Assembly (NCBI GenBank): GCA_028692635.1
Contig: JAQUWX010000002.1
Coordinates: 1 to 53,444 of the forward strand
Direction of reading: 5' to 3'
From: Alphaproteobacteria bacterium
Lineage (GTDB): Bacteria > Pseudomonadota > Alphaproteobacteria > UBA9219
DNA length: 53,444 bases
Shown: one piece after another, positions 7,435-16,187 of the stretch
How positions within the stretch are numbered: the first letter of the stretch is position 1
Layout: each line of letters begins with the position of its first letter
Notes under the pieces: model-generated
What the model was told of the DNA's origin: nothing
The model's database searches: none
What the model saw: the letters and a program-made list of their open reading frames with translations, nothing else
Translations under genes and position numbers: made by a program

Positions 7435-8079
7435 ATGATTGATGCTATTCAGCTTAGAGCAGCTCGGGCCATGCTTGATTGGAAAACGTCTGATCTAGCG
7501 GAGGTGTCGGGCGTTGCCCTTAACGCAATCAATAAAATTGAGCGCGGTAAGGTGCTTGGTCGGCGCGACACTATGGAAAAGATGCAAAAAGCATTTGAAG
7601 ATGCTGGATTGGATTTCTTGCCAGATTCCGGCGTCAGATTGAAAAATCGTGTGGTTGTTACCTATGAGGGAACTGGGGCCAACAAGCAGCTTGTCGAAGA
7701 CCTCTACAACTCACTGAGAGATAGTGGTGGCGAAATATTGATCGCTCACTTGGATGAAGGTGACTCCATTAAAAATCTCGAATTAGGGTGGTTGGCGGAA
7801 CAAATTCGCTTACGTAAGGAAGCAGGGATCACTCATCGGCTTTTGGTTCGCCCCAATGATCCCAATCTTATTCCGCCTCTCGATAATTATAGATGTATTC
7901 CGGGCGAGTTTTTCAGCTCATATCCGCTTTATATTTATGGTTCGAAACTTGCGCTGGTTTCTTGGGAACCATCCCCCCGCGTTGTCGTTGTTGAAGATGC
8001 TCGTTTTGCCGATAGTGCTAGAAAACTTTTTAACTTTGTGTGGATGCATGCAGATCCGGTTGTTCAAAGGAAGGCATAA
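7435..8079 (+). CDS. XRE-type HTH regulator with C-terminal domain (divergent gene, copy A)
   Basis: 214 aa. IDAIQLRAARAMLDWKTSDLAEVSGVALNAINKIERG helix-turn-helix. AAGGAGGG Shine-Dalgarno. Positional analog of 30742-31425. Confidence 0.8.
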   Translation: MIDAIQLRAARAMLDWKTSDLAEVSGVALNAINKIERGKVLGRRDTMEKMQKAFEDAGLDFLPDSGVRLKNRVVVTYEGTGANKQLVEDLYNSLRDSGGEILIAHLDEGDSIKNLELGWLAEQIRLRKEAGITHRLLVRPNDPNLIPPLDNYRCIPGEFFSSYPLYIYGSKLALVSWEPSPRVVVVEDARFADSARKLFNFVWMHADPVVQRKA

Positions 8080-8082
8080 AAT

Positions 8083-9165
8083 ATGGGAAAGGCTAATTTG
8101 AGTATGCAATTTCTCACATCGACAACTCTTTCGATGCAAATGGAAGAGTGGGAGATCGAAGTGAGCATGTTGGGGCGCTTTTTATGCCTAACCAAAGAAA
8201 ACAGGGGTCTATTTTTTGCTTTTCTTGGAAAAGAAAAGGATTTGGATAGCTATGTGACATCTCCGGTTTATTACGCTTTAACTGGGCGAAAGGGGCTGTG
8301 GTTATATCAAGACGGCAATACATATGTTCCAATTTGCTGGCACCCCAATGTTGAGGGACAAATTCTCATTTTCCCTCCAAGGGGGGAAAAGAATAACAAG
8401 ATACTTCAAAAGCTGCTGACCGAGATGCCAATCCCTCCGGCCGGAATTCGCATGGCACGGATAAAAAAAGAAGATGTTGTCGCTCCATTTTTATGTGCAA
8501 TCAATGCTCCGCTTGGACGCTCTGTCAGTCTTTCTCATGTTGAGGAAACAGTCCTTGATTGGCGTTTTCCGGTTCGCACACTCTCAACGGAAAGAGTAAA
8601 AAATATGAGTGGCGCTGATTTTATGAAGGCGCGCAACCACTTAAAACAGTTGGAAAAGCACAAAACGAAGGTTGTTCCCTTATCCCCATTCTACGATGAG
8701 CAAATTATTGAGTTTGCAAATCGGTGGGCATCAAACAGGACGCGCGATCCGCAAGAAATCAAAGAACTTGTTTCGCCCTACATTGAAGCGATGGACTTAG
8801 TTGGAGATGAGGCGTTTCGTTTAGGTGGCCACATCTTTTTTGTGAATGATCAGGTCGAAGCTGTGACGATGTGGGAGCTTCCGAACAATTCTCTTCAGAT
8901 TGCCAACGCTTGGGTAAGTCTATGCAATACGAGCTGCAAAGGGCTGTCAGAATTTGTCATGAAGACCACGGCAGAAGCTCTTTGGGAACACGGCGTTCCT
9001 TATATCAACTACGGCGGCTCAGAGACAAAGGGGCTAGACGACTACAAGAACAAGTATGTTCCGGCATACAGCCTTGATCTATGCTCTATCGATGTTGCCA
9101 TAAGCGGATTTGATCCCGTTCTTCGTTCTCTCATTGAAATTCAGAACTCGAGGATTGCTGCATGA
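8083..9165 (+). CDS. DUF2156-like protein (MprF C-terminal / aminoacyl-tRNA-dependent transferase, GNAT-type fold)
   Basis: 360 aa. The overall pattern and the C-terminal YINYGGSETKGLDDYKNKY resemble the LPG-synthase C-terminal family. This assignment is by recollection, not alignment. Confidence 0.5.
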   Translation: MGKANLSMQFLTSTTLSMQMEEWEIEVSMLGRFLCLTKENRGLFFAFLGKEKDLDSYVTSPVYYALTGRKGLWLYQDGNTYVPICWHPNVEGQILIFPPRGEKNNKILQKLLTEMPIPPAGIRMARIKKEDVVAPFLCAINAPLGRSVSLSHVEETVLDWRFPVRTLSTERVKNMSGADFMKARNHLKQLEKHKTKVVPLSPFYDEQIIEFANRWASNRTRDPQEIKELVSPYIEAMDLVGDEAFRLGGHIFFVNDQVEAVTMWELPNNSLQIANAWVSLCNTSCKGLSEFVMKTTAEALWEHGVPYINYGGSETKGLDDYKNKYVPAYSLDLCSIDVAISGFDPVLRSLIEIQNSRIAA

Positions 9166-9611
9166 AAAAAACAAAACGCGCAGAACTGAAAGTTGGAAAA
9201 GATATCCAACCGGCTGGATTTCCTTTGGGACGCATCGTAACCATAGAGAACTGCTCGTTGGAGAACTTCATTGATGGGAAGAAAAAGAAGCGTTGGCCAT
9301 GTTGGACAATTCGCACAAATGCTCCGCGCCCCTTGCACAAGTACCTCATCGTCGATTGGGGGAAGGACGGCATAATCCTTTGGAAGAAATCAAAGCTTAA
9401 TTTTGCGCCCAAGGGAGCAAAGCTTTGGGTAGAACGTAGCGGCCTAGAGGAAATGGAAAACATCACCGGCTCCGGCCCGGAAAGCTACGTCTATTCGATG
9501 TTGGTTTATATCCTCGACACGAAAGCCAAAACGCCCAAGAAATTTTACTGCATCGAGCGGATGCGTAATGATCGTATTTTCCGTTACGAAGGCTTTCGCA
9601 TTGATGTGTGA
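9162..9611 (+). CDS. hypothetical 149-aa protein
   Basis: ATGA start/stop overlap with the preceding gene. No recognisable motif. Confidence 0.5.
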   Translation: MKKTKRAELKVGKDIQPAGFPLGRIVTIENCSLENFIDGKKKKRWPCWTIRTNAPRPLHKYLIVDWGKDGIILWKKSKLNFAPKGAKLWVERSGLEEMENITGSGPESYVYSMLVYILDTKAKTPKKFYCIERMRNDRIFRYEGFRIDV

Positions 9612-9699
9612 CCCTTTATCGTAAGGCCTTGCTTCGGTTCTTAGATGTTCTATAAAGTGGTGACGATTAAATCGTTCTTTCCTTCAGAAAAGAGGGGTC

Positions 9700-9900
9700 A
9701 TGAAAAAAGCCAAAACAAAAACCTACTATGTGGTCACCCATGATGGGGAACCAGTCGTGTATGGTGATAAAATCCCTCTGTTCCTCCGGAAAAAAGATGC
9801 AAGTCTCCTCAAGGGAGATGTTGTTGAAGAAATGCGGCTGGTTCGGGTTAAGAAGGAACCGCTTCAGAAACCACGCAAAAACACAAAAAAAACCGCTTAA
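9700..9900 (+). CDS. hypothetical 66-aa basic protein
   Basis: ATG preceded by AGAGGGG. Lysine-rich C-terminus. A small ORF, so uncertain. Confidence 0.35.
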   Translation: MKKAKTKTYYVVTHDGEPVVYGDKIPLFLRKKDASLLKGDVVEEMRLVRVKKEPLQKPRKNTKKTA

Positions 9901-9946
9901 AAGGAGCTTAGGTGGAAATCGTTTGATTATAAGCAGTTAGCTTTTT

Positions 9947-10045
9947 GCCCAAAAAAGAAATTTGTTTGCAATCAACGCGATAACAAGGAGCATGTTCTCC
10001 CCCAGTCACGTTCCCTCCGCCATACATCCAAATTGGATGGGTGGA
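9947..10045 (+). repeat. dispersed intergenic repeat, copy a (core GCGATAACAAGGAGCATGTTC)
   Basis: Shares about 55 nt (cccaaaaaagaaat...atcaacgcgataacaaggagcatgttc) with 42344-42400. Its 3' part (ccctccgcca plus a hairpin) is shared with 14041-14062 and 33568-33600. Confidence 0.7.
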
Positions 10046-10321
10046 AGTCGAATTATCCAAGTAATTTCAATATGATATAAGTGATTGAAAATTCTAAACC
10101 AATAAGGACATTTATCCGAATTGGATGGAGAAAAAATGCCCCGAGTCTGGTTCGATAAGTGTGGTTATTAACGGTTAGAGATGCGAAAACTCTCCACGGA
10201 ACCCTACTTTTCAGTAGAGAGAAATCGGAGCAATTTCGGGTTACAAATGCCTTGGCGGAGGAGATTTGATCTTGCTTATCCAGCCCTGATTCGTTGTATA
10301 AGGTGCTGTGGGAGATGCTTG

Positions 10322-11452
10322 TTAATCCATAGTCTTTTTGTATAACTTCATTGCAACGATTGTTATAAAAAGCATAAACAGCGCCATCGGCCAAATGTGA
10401 GGCCAAAGCTCACAAAAGTCTGCGCCCTTCAGCAATATGCCGCGCGTAATGCGAATGAAGTAGGTGGCAGGCAAAAAATTTCCCATTGTTTGGGCCCACT
10501 CCGGCATCCCTTTAAAAGGGAACATAAATCCTGACAGCAAAACACTCGGAAGAAACGGTGCAAAGGAAAGCTGCATGGCCTGCGTTTGATTTTGTGCTGC
10601 TGTGGAAATTGTAAAGCCCAAGGCAAGGTTGCAAATAAGAAAAATAATAAGCAGCGCCGATAAAAGCCAAAGGCTGCCGAGGATGGGAACATCAAAAAGC
10701 AGTTTTGCCGCAATGACGATAAGAGCCGACTGGATGTACCCGATGATGACATAGGGCGCGATTTTTCCCGCCATCACTTCGAAGGGCGAGACTGGCATGG
10801 AGAGAAGGTTTTCCATCGTCCCCCTTTCTTTTTCTCGGGTCAGGGCCAGAGCCGTCATCATCACGCCCGTCATCGTCAAGACGATACCCATCATGCCAGG
10901 AACGATGTTGTAACGAGAAAAACCCTCAGGGTTATATAATTTGTGCACCGTAAAACCGAACGGCGGCGGGGATTGTTTTTTATATAAAGCGCCCGTCATT
11001 TCATTTTCGCGCCATTTATCAAGAACGCCTTGCAGCGCCGCCAACGCGCCCGACGAAGCGGTCGGATCGGTTGCATCCGTTTCAAGAAGAATTTGCGGCG
11101 ACATGCCTCTTATGAGGTCGCGCTCAAAATTTTCGGGAACTGTAATGACAAACTGCGTGTGGCCTTCTTGTAAGAGCTTCTGTCCTTCGCGATCGCTTTG
11201 TACTTCATGATCGATCTTGAAATAGCTTGTATGCTTTAATGAGGAAATGACACTGCGCGCCATCGCCCCACGATCATGTAAGAGGATGGCTGTCGGAAGA
11301 TTTTTCGGATCCGTGTTGATCGCGAAGCCGAACAGGACAAGCTGCATAATCGGAATCATAATCATCATGCCGAACGTTGCGCGGTCGCGCCGAAGCTGGG
11401 TAAATTCCTTTCTCATAACAGCAAGAAGACGCCGCAAGGATGGGCTCATCAT
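10322..11452 (-). CDS. ABC-2 type transporter permease
   Basis: 376 aa. One N-terminal TM helix, a large extracytoplasmic domain and five C-terminal TM helices. ATGA-type overlap with the ATPase gene. Confidence 0.8.
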   Translation of the reverse strand: MMSPSLRRLLAVMRKEFTQLRRDRATFGMMIMIPIMQLVLFGFAINTDPKNLPTAILLHDRGAMARSVISSLKHTSYFKIDHEVQSDREGQKLLQEGHTQFVITVPENFERDLIRGMSPQILLETDATDPTASSGALAALQGVLDKWRENEMTGALYKKQSPPPFGFTVHKLYNPEGFSRYNIVPGMMGIVLTMTGVMMTALALTREKERGTMENLLSMPVSPFEVMAGKIAPYVIIGYIQSALIVIAAKLLFDVPILGSLWLLSALLIIFLICNLALGFTISTAAQNQTQAMQLSFAPFLPSVLLSGFMFPFKGMPEWAQTMGNFLPATYFIRITRGILLKGADFCELWPHIWPMALFMLFITIVAMKLYKKTMD

Positions 11453-12378
11453 GAGAATCCTCTTTCGTCGTTTTGATCCATATAGTGGATAAAGGCATCC
11501 TCAAGGGTCGGCGCGCTTTTTCTCCATTCAAGACATGGGTCATCGATATAGGGCGCAAGCGCCTCGTAAAGCGCAGCTTCGTTCGTGCCGCTTATATGCA
11601 GGATTTCGCCGAAAGGAGCCATCGTGGCGATGGCCGGGTTCTTTTCCAGATTCCGCATAAGGTCAGAGAGGCCGGACCCTTTTACGCTCCACGTCGCCAG
11701 CCCGGCATGGTCGATCACGTCGCGTACGGTTCCTTGAACCAGCAATCTCCCATAGGCAATATAGATAATGGCATGGCATCTTTCGGCTTCGTCCATATAG
11801 TGCGTGCTGACCAGAACGGTTATGCCCTGACCAGCGAGACGGTGTATTTCGTCCCAGAATTCGCGACGCGCCTTGGGATCAACGCCAGCCGTTGGTTCAT
11901 CAAGGAGAAGAAGCAAGGGCTCGTGCAGGATTGATGCGGCAAGCGCGAGCCTTTGCTTCCATCCACCGGAAAGGCGTCCTGCCAACTGTTTTCTTCTTGA
12001 AACAAGACGAAGGTCTTCGAGCGCTTTTTCAACGCGCTCCTTTTTCCGGTCAAGCCCGAACATGTCGGCAGTAAAAAGTAGATTTTCTTCAATTGAAAGA
12101 TCTTCCCAGTAACTGAATTTTTGGGTCATATAGCCGACCCTTTTTTTGATCTCTGCGGCATCGCGCCGCATATCGAAACCAAGGCAGGTGCCAGACCCTT
12201 CGTCTGGAGTCAACAAGCCACAAATCATGCGAATAGTTGTCGTTTTTCCGCTGCCATTGGGACCGAGAAACCCATAAATCTTTCCCTTTGGAACGGCGAC
12301 ATCCACATGATCAACAACCAGCTTTGGCCCGTACCTCTTGGTCAGTCCTTTAACGTCAATGGCGAGTTCGTCATTCAT
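11449..12378 (-). CDS. ABC transporter ATP-binding protein
   Basis: Walker A GPNGSGKTT, signature LSGGWKQRLALA, Walker B LLLLDEPTAGVD. Confidence 0.9.
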   Translation of the reverse strand: MNDELAIDVKGLTKRYGPKLVVDHVDVAVPKGKIYGFLGPNGSGKTTTIRMICGLLTPDEGSGTCLGFDMRRDAAEIKKRVGYMTQKFSYWEDLSIEENLLFTADMFGLDRKKERVEKALEDLRLVSRRKQLAGRLSGGWKQRLALAASILHEPLLLLLDEPTAGVDPKARREFWDEIHRLAGQGITVLVSTHYMDEAERCHAIIYIAYGRLLVQGTVRDVIDHAGLATWSVKGSGLSDLMRNLEKNPAIATMAPFGEILHISGTNEAALYEALAPYIDDPCLEWRKSAPTLEDAFIHYMDQNDERGFS

Positions 12379-13169
12379 GGCATCGTGATCCGTATGTCAA
12401 CCGGTAGACCCGGCTTCAAGTCAGACGTATCGGCGTCGGGATAAGCTTCGACACGAAAGACCAGTTTGTCCCTCGACCCAACACTATAGATAACAGGCGG
12501 CGTGTATTCGGCTTCGGAAGCGATATAACGCACGATGGCCGTTTTCGTTTCTTTACACCCATCGCAAGAATAGAAGATTTTCTTCTGCTCTTTAAGGAGG
12601 GCCATCATTTGTTGAGGGACATAAAAGCGCAGTTTTAAATTTCCTTTAGGCAAGAAGCTGACGACAGGCGTTCCCTGCGGTACAGTCTCGCCTACCTGAA
12701 AGTAGATATCTTCAATTTTTCCGTCTGTCGGGGCCTTGGGCGCCGCCTCTTTTATGCGTTGCCGATCGTCAACCAGCGTTTCCTCGGCCATCTTTAGAGT
12801 GGCATCCGCTTCTTCAACGTCTTTTAACCGAAGGTCATATTCAGAACGGCTAACCGCACCTGTTTCCACCAGTTTTTTTACACGGGCCCATTCTTTGTAT
12901 GAGGCATTCCGGACAGCTTTTTCGCGAGACAACAGCGCTTCATCAGAACGCAGGCGCGCTTTCAGTGCGACTAAATCCAAGGAAAAGAGAGTTTCCCCCT
13001 CTTTGATTTCGTCGCCTCGGCGGTGCACGCGTTCCGCTAAGATACCCGTCGTGGACGGCGAAAAATACAAATATTCTCCTTCAACATAGCCCGTTATCGT
13101 TGCTGGTGAGTTGTCGCAGCCGCCAAGAAGAAGCAGAGAGAAAAGAATAAGGCCACTTCTTATTTTCAT
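12375..13169 (-). CDS. HlyD-family membrane fusion / periplasmic adaptor protein
   Basis: 264 aa. Signal peptide with an LLGGC lipobox-like site, a coiled-coil middle and beta-barrel-like ends. Operon context with ABC-2. Confidence 0.75.
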   Translation of the reverse strand: MKIRSGLILFSLLLLGGCDNSPATITGYVEGEYLYFSPSTTGILAERVHRRGDEIKEGETLFSLDLVALKARLRSDEALLSREKAVRNASYKEWARVKKLVETGAVSRSEYDLRLKDVEEADATLKMAEETLVDDRQRIKEAAPKAPTDGKIEDIYFQVGETVPQGTPVVSFLPKGNLKLRFYVPQQMMALLKEQKKIFYSCDGCKETKTAIVRYIASEAEYTPPVIYSVGSRDKLVFRVEAYPDADTSDLKPGLPVDIRITMP

Positions 13170-13852
13170 GTTGTCATCCTCAACGGTTTAAGCCCGTTTA
13201 GCACGCGGTGGCAGTCGATGAGTGCATCGACATTTTTGTGAGCCATATCTGTGATGACTTGAATTTCTTTTTTTCCGTATGCTTTACACCCAAGGCGGCG
13301 AAGGCACATCTCTCGATGAGTGCGATAAATGCTAATGAGGCCTATTATTGAATTGGTGCAAAGACAGGCATCTTGGCTATTTGTGCTATAGCCTGTTAGT
13401 CGCGCAACAAGGTCTGTTAAAGCTTTGTGATTTGGTTCTATGGCGGCATCATATAAAAGCGAGAACGCTGCCGTTGGAACAGCCTGTTCTCGCAAAAATA
13501 AACTTGGCAAAGCGTGCCCCTCTAAATCGACAAGGAGAAAATGGATGAGGCGCGTCACAGCATCATGGAGATAGGACATTAGGACTTCGGGCGAAGCCTC
13601 ATCGCTTGATACGGCCATTACAGCTTCATCCGGGAAAAAACCAAGTTTCCGTCTTACGATGTCGATCAAACGTTCAATGACAGCGCGATACAACCCCTCT
13701 TTGCTGGCAAAGTAGTAGGGAATGGACGCTACATTTACCTTGGCATCTTTTGTGATTGTTCGTGTTGACGTGCCATCATAGCCAGCTTTGGCAAAATGAC
13801 GCAGAGCTGACTCGACCAGTCTTTCCTTTGCCGATAGATCTTCTTTTTTCAC
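13166..13852 (-). CDS. TetR/AcrR-family transcriptional regulator
   Basis: N-terminal ERLVESALRHFAKAGYDGTSTRTITKDAKVNVASIPYYFASKEGLY helix-turn-helix. Confidence 0.9.
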   Translation of the reverse strand: MKKEDLSAKERLVESALRHFAKAGYDGTSTRTITKDAKVNVASIPYYFASKEGLYRAVIERLIDIVRRKLGFFPDEAVMAVSSDEASPEVLMSYLHDAVTRLIHFLLVDLEGHALPSLFLREQAVPTAAFSLLYDAAIEPNHKALTDLVARLTGYSTNSQDACLCTNSIIGLISIYRTHREMCLRRLGCKAYGKKEIQVITDMAHKNVDALIDCHRVLNGLKPLRMTT

Positions 13853-13900
13853 ACAGACCCTCCTACAGAAAATTTTCTCGGCTATTGTACAACAAATATA

Positions 13901-13930
13901 CAGATTAAATCAATCGATTGATTTAATCTG
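13901..13930. promoter_or_regulatory. perfect 30-bp palindrome, candidate TetR operator
   Basis: cagattaaatcaatc|gattgatttaatctg, 49 bp upstream of the TetR start codon. Confidence 0.6.
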
Positions 13931-13989
13931 CGGGCGTGGCCAGTTCGTTATTTATTGCCCCACGTTAACCAACTCAGGCGGCTTCATAA

Positions 13990-14062
13990 AAATAAAACCA
14001 TTTATAATCAACGGGATAATTTGGAGCATGTTCGCCACCAAGTAACGTTCCCTCCGCCACTT
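13990..14062 (+). repeat. dispersed intergenic repeat, copy b
   Basis: tttataatcaacgggataatttggagcatgttcgccaccaagtaacgttccctccgcca aligns with copies a, c and d. Confidence 0.65.
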
Positions 14063-14218
14063 AAACCAAAAAAACTTTTTATCCGCGTTTGCGGATAGTG
14101 CATATTTTCCCAAGGAAGCGCCACGTTTTCCGCTTTAAATCCCGTACATAATGCGGTAGTGCAAATCGCCGCCCTTCCGAAGGGGCCGATGGCGGCCCTA
14201 AAAAACAAGTGGCGCGAT

Positions 14219-15061
14219 CTATACCATCTTTAGACGAAAAGCGCTGGCGGGATAAACGCCAAGAATCTCAACTTCCTCGACAAAAAAGGATAGTTCCTCA
14301 AGCGCGAGTTTCAGCGGCCTTTCGTCAGGATGTCCCTCAACATCAATCCAGAATTGCGCCACGTTAAAACCTCCGTCTGCAAGATAGCTCTCGAGGCGCG
14401 TAATATTGACTCCATTAGTAGCAAAACCGCCCAGAGTTTTGTAAAGCGCAGCAGGAACGTTGCGAACGCGATAGATCAGCGTCGTTATACAATGTCCATC
14501 GCCGACTTTGGGGCGTTGCGGAGTGGGAGATAAAATCAGACACCGCGTGGTGTTGCCGGGCACATCAGCTATATTTGCGGCGAGGCTTTTGAGGCCATAA
14601 AGTTCTCCAGCCAGTTTTGAGGCGATGGCCGCGACGCTCACGTCTCCCAATTTTGCCACTTCTTCCGCTGATCCCGCCGTATCAGGTCGCACAACTGGCT
14701 CGATGTTGTGCGCCTTGAGAAACTGACGACATTGCGGCAGAGCATGAACATGGCTGCGAGCCTTTTTGATATCTGCCAAAGTCGCACCCGGCAGCGCCAA
14801 CAAATGATGCTCGACCGTCTGATAATGCTCACCGACAATATAAAGGCCGCTCTTAGGCAACAAATAATGAACGGCAGCAACGCGACCAGCAACCATGTTT
14901 TCCACCGGAATCATAGCCAGTTCTGCTCGCCCATCGCGCACAGCAGCAACGGCTTCCTCTGCCGTTGCGCAAGGCAAAGTCTCATAATCAGGCAATGCCG
15001 CACGGCAAGCCAGATCGGAATAAGCGCCAAGAACTCCTTCAAAAGCTACATGCTTCGTCAT
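14219..15061 (-). CDS. pheA: prephenate dehydratase
   Basis: 280 aa. PDT domain (VAFEGVLGAYSDLA, NTTRC) and an ACT domain with GVNITRLESY...VEGHPDE, typical of alphaproteobacterial PheA. Confidence 0.9.
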   Translation of the reverse strand: MTKHVAFEGVLGAYSDLACRAALPDYETLPCATAEEAVAAVRDGRAELAMIPVENMVAGRVAAVHYLLPKSGLYIVGEHYQTVEHHLLALPGATLADIKKARSHVHALPQCRQFLKAHNIEPVVRPDTAGSAEEVAKLGDVSVAAIASKLAGELYGLKSLAANIADVPGNTTRCLILSPTPQRPKVGDGHCITTLIYRVRNVPAALYKTLGGFATNGVNITRLESYLADGGFNVAQFWIDVEGHPDERPLKLALEELSFFVEEVEILGVYPASAFRLKMV

Positions 15062-15085
15062 ATGGACACAGATACCTTTCTCTTT

Positions 15086-15217
15086 TTATTGGAGAGAGCA
15101 AACGAAGAGCCGCTCTTCCTTCAGTCGCTCATGCTTTTTTCTCAAATTGCAAATTACAACTCATTTGGCCACATCTTCTGCAGAACGTCAATCGCACTAC
15201 ATGTCCACAGCACTATC
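15086..15217 (+). repeat. 132-bp direct repeat, copy 1 (partner at 42437-42568)
   Basis: About 94 percent identity by manual count (about 8 mismatches). Starts 25 bp from the pheA start codon. Contains the hairpin GAAGAGC-C-GCTCTTC. Confidence 0.8.
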
Positions 15218-15285
15218 TAAGAGAGACACTCACAACCCAATCCGCCTTAGAGCGGTTTTTTTATGCCTGAAAAAAGGAGATCATT

Positions 15286-15948
15286 ATGGTCAAAACAGAA
15301 ACATCGCGTGGCATGCGCAACAACAATCCCGGCAATCTACGCCGAACGGACGATCCGTGGCAGGGATTGGCGGAAACTCAAACGGATACAGAATTCTTCG
15401 TATTCCAAAGCCCAATCTATGGTATCCGCGCACTTGTCCGCACGCTTATAAAATATCAGGATAAACAAGGCCTCCGTAGCATTCGCCAGATCATAGGACG
15501 CTGGGCACCTAGCGCGGAAAACGACACTGTGGCTTACATCAAATCAGTTTCATCCGAAACTGGCTTTGCTCCCGACATCATACTGAATATGCACAAATAT
15601 GAGCACCTGAAAGCCTTGGTCGTGGCTATTATCAACTTTGAAAACAGCCAGCAACCATACACCGCTGCACAAATAGACAAGGCACTGGTTCTGGCAGGCG
15701 TAGAGCCTCCTCCAAAAAATCTGCAACACACGCGCACCGTAAAGGGCGGACAGGCCGCTACAGCGGCAACCATTGGTTTCGGCGCACTGGAATCCATCAG
15801 AGACGACCTTGATCCCGCTCGTGACTCTTTGCAACTACTTGCCCCCTACCTCGACATAGCAAAATGGCTCCTGCTGGCAATCACTCTGATCGGCATAGGC
15901 ATAATGCTATGGGCACGAATTGATGATTACCGCAAAGGCCTACGCTGA
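15286..15948 (+). CDS. phage-related protein (putative cell-wall-active / virion protein) with a C-terminal TM anchor
   Basis: 220 aa. The N-terminal RNNNPGNLR...PWQG motif is one I associate with phage proteins. C-terminal helix WLLLAITLIGIGIMLWA. AAAGGAGA Shine-Dalgarno. Confidence 0.5.
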   Translation: MVKTETSRGMRNNNPGNLRRTDDPWQGLAETQTDTEFFVFQSPIYGIRALVRTLIKYQDKQGLRSIRQIIGRWAPSAENDTVAYIKSVSSETGFAPDIILNMHKYEHLKALVVAIINFENSQQPYTAAQIDKALVLAGVEPPPKNLQHTRTVKGGQAATAATIGFGALESIRDDLDPARDSLQLLAPYLDIAKWLLLAITLIGIGIMLWARIDDYRKGLR

Positions 15949-16187
15949 TGTGGACAATAATCACAAGCTGGTTCACCAGCAACATGATGCGTCTCATCGG
16001 CTGGGGCGCTATCGCGGCATCCGTAACGGCCATCCTGCTAGGCGCACGCCAATCAGGCCGCACCGCCGAACGCTACGATCAACTCAAGAAAATAGTGGAG
16101 ATAAAAGATGCCCAACTACGCACCACACTTAACGCTCCTCGCACTCGCGATGATCTCATTAAGCGCCTGCAGGACGGCAAATTCTAA
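15948..16187 (+). CDS. small single-TM protein (i-spanin-like or holin-like)
   Basis: 79 aa. TGATG overlap with the upstream gene. TM helix LIGWGAIAASVTAILLGA followed by a charged helical tail. Confidence 0.5.
   Translation: MWTIITSWFTSNMMRLIGWGAIAASVTAILLGARQSGRTAERYDQLKKIVEIKDAQLRTTLNAPRTRDDLIKRLQDGKF

Noticed and set aside
9985-10070. A mini-ORF starting at the AAGGAGCATG core of the dispersed repeat (MF.. peptides).
   Set aside because: The SD-like AAGGAG is only 1 nt from the ATG. The downstream peptides differ completely in length and sequence between the four copies (5 to 40 codons), so the conservation is at the DNA/RNA level.
15086-15217. The 132-bp repeat might be a tmRNA (or a two-piece alphaproteobacterial ssrA) coding piece, because it contains GCAAACGAAGAG... 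and GCAAATTACAAC... (ANEE.. / ANYN.. in translation).
   Set aside because: The open frame would give a roughly 40-aa peptide ending HSTI, not a short tag ending in LAA/VAA-type residues. I see no tRNA-like acceptor/T-arm sequence. The element is also present twice.
14708-15220. A 170-aa plus-strand ORF (and 14965-15270, 15147-15464).
   Set aside because: They are antisense to the strongly supported pheA or run through the 132-bp repeat. They have low-complexity, Arg/Ser-rich translations typical of wrong-frame ORFs.
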